Source: Candidatus Eiseniibacteriota bacterium (GTDB lineage Bacteria; Eisenbacteria; RBG-16-71-46). From it: a DNA stretch of 64,000 nucleotides. The notes beneath the pieces were generated by a model that was not told the origin of the DNA, searched no databases, and was given only the letters and a program-made list of their open reading frames with translations. The position numbers and the translations under genes are program-made. Location of the stretch: positions 224,001 to 288,000 of the forward strand of contig CAVZLN010000006.1 of the NCBI GenBank assembly GCA_963776245.1. The letters are read 5' to 3'. Positions within the stretch are counted from its first letter, which is position 1. The number at the start of each line of letters is the position of its first letter. This document shows positions 63,145 through 64,000 of the stretch, in pieces.

Positions 63145-64000
63145 ATGGCGCTCGATATCGGGATCATCGGCGGCGGCATCTCGGGGCTGGCCAGCGCGTC
63201 ACGGCTGAGCGGCCTCGGCCATCGTCTGACGCTGTTCGAGGGGGACGACGTCCTCGGTGGTCTGGGCACCACCTTCCCCTACCGCGACGGCCACCTCGAG
63301 CGCTTCTACCACTGCCTGCTCCCCGACGATCACGCATTGCTCGCGCACCTGCGCGATCTCGGGATCGAGCGCGAGATCCTCTGGAAGCACACGGCGATGG
63401 GATTCATGTACCAGCGCCGCATCTGGCCGCTGAACACCCCGCTCGATCTGCTGAGGTTCGGCGCGCTCACCCCGATCGAGCGCCTCCGCATGGGCCTGCT
63501 TGGACTGCGCGCGCGCGCCGGCGGGCTCGACCCGCACCTCGACCGCGTGACCGCGGCGGACTGGGTGCGCCAGCAGGTGGGCACGCGCGCCTTCGACGTG
63601 CTGTGGAAGCCGCTGCTCTCCGCCAAGATCGGCGACCACTACGCGGCGTTGCCGGCGCTGTGGCTCACCAGCCGCATGCACCGCGAGAAGAGCGCGCCCA
63701 CCGAGACCAAGGGCTGCCTGCCGGGCGGGTATCGCTCGCTCATCGGCGCGTTCGAGCAGCGCCTGCGCGAGCGCGGCGTGGCTCTCCGCATGCGCACGCG
63801 CGTGCGCGCGATCGAGCGCGTGGGCGAGCGCATGGGCGTGCGGCTCGAGGACGGCACGCTCGAGGTGTTCGACAGCGTGATCGCGACCTCGCCGCTCCCG
63901 CAGTTCCAGCGCATGACCGCGGGGCTCGGGCTCGACCCGAAGCTGGCGGGCCTCCAGCTCGACTACCAGGGCGTGATGAGCGGGGTGTTCCTCACCCGCC
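63145..64000 (+). CDS. FAD-dependent oxidoreductase (amine oxidase/protoporphyrinogen oxidase-like), 3' truncated
   Basis: Translated by hand: MALDIGIIGGGISGLA...FEGDDVLGGLG...ERFYH, open to the window end. Confidence 0.85.
   Translation, partial: MALDIGIIGGGISGLASASRLSGLGHRLTLFEGDDVLGGLGTTFPYRDGHLERFYHCLLPDDHALLAHLRDLGIEREILWKHTAMGFMYQRRIWPLNTPLDLLRFGALTPIERLRMGLLGLRARAGGLDPHLDRVTAADWVRQQVGTRAFDVLWKPLLSAKIGDHYAALPALWLTSRMHREKSAPTETKGCLPGGYRSLIGAFEQRLRERGVALRMRTRVRAIERVGERMGVRLEDGTLEVFDSVIATSPLPQFQRMTAGLGLDPKLAGLQLDYQGVMSGVFLTR

Overview
A very GC-rich diderm bacterial chromosome segment made mostly of housekeeping genes on the minus strand. The gene order resembles FCB-group or Ca. Eisenbacteria genomes, which is inference only. 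In order it contains: the 5' end of an M16 peptidase; an intact IS1202-family (ISNCY) element with TIRs and a 16-bp target duplication; a long run of kdsB-pyrG-kdsA-kdsC-kdsD, lptC-lptB-rpoN-hpf-hprK, mannose-family PTS EIIA/B/C/D, HPr, EI and PGI/PMI; mdh; rplU-rpmA; RNase E/G; a radical SAM fusion protein; sdhCAB followed by an eIF-2B-like gene; rtcB; uvrA; a PAS histidine kinase with an NtrC-type sigma54 activator; a SurA/PpiD-like foldase; tatA; the pan/fol cluster; a Ser/Thr kinase; dapE-dapC-dapD; ygfZ; a divergent groEL; a TolB-like protein and an M28 peptidase; coaX-tatC-birA-nadC-uvrB; DUF4139; a polysaccharide deacetylase; and a partial FAD oxidoreductase. The most striking unannotated element lies in the 32.6-33.3 kb intergenic region. 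It is a 22-aa histone-H1-like peptide gene (MAAKKKAAKKKATKKKAAKKKK) with a perfect Shine-Dalgarno. A sigma54 -24/-12 promoter with candidate IHF and enhancer dyad sites precedes it, directly behind the NtrC-type activator gene, and a dense hairpin array follows it. A second sigma54 site overlaps the sigma70 -35 of the lptC-lptB-rpoN operon, suggesting autoregulation. About 13 single-base indels break seven genes beyond 30.9 kb and are probably sequencing errors.
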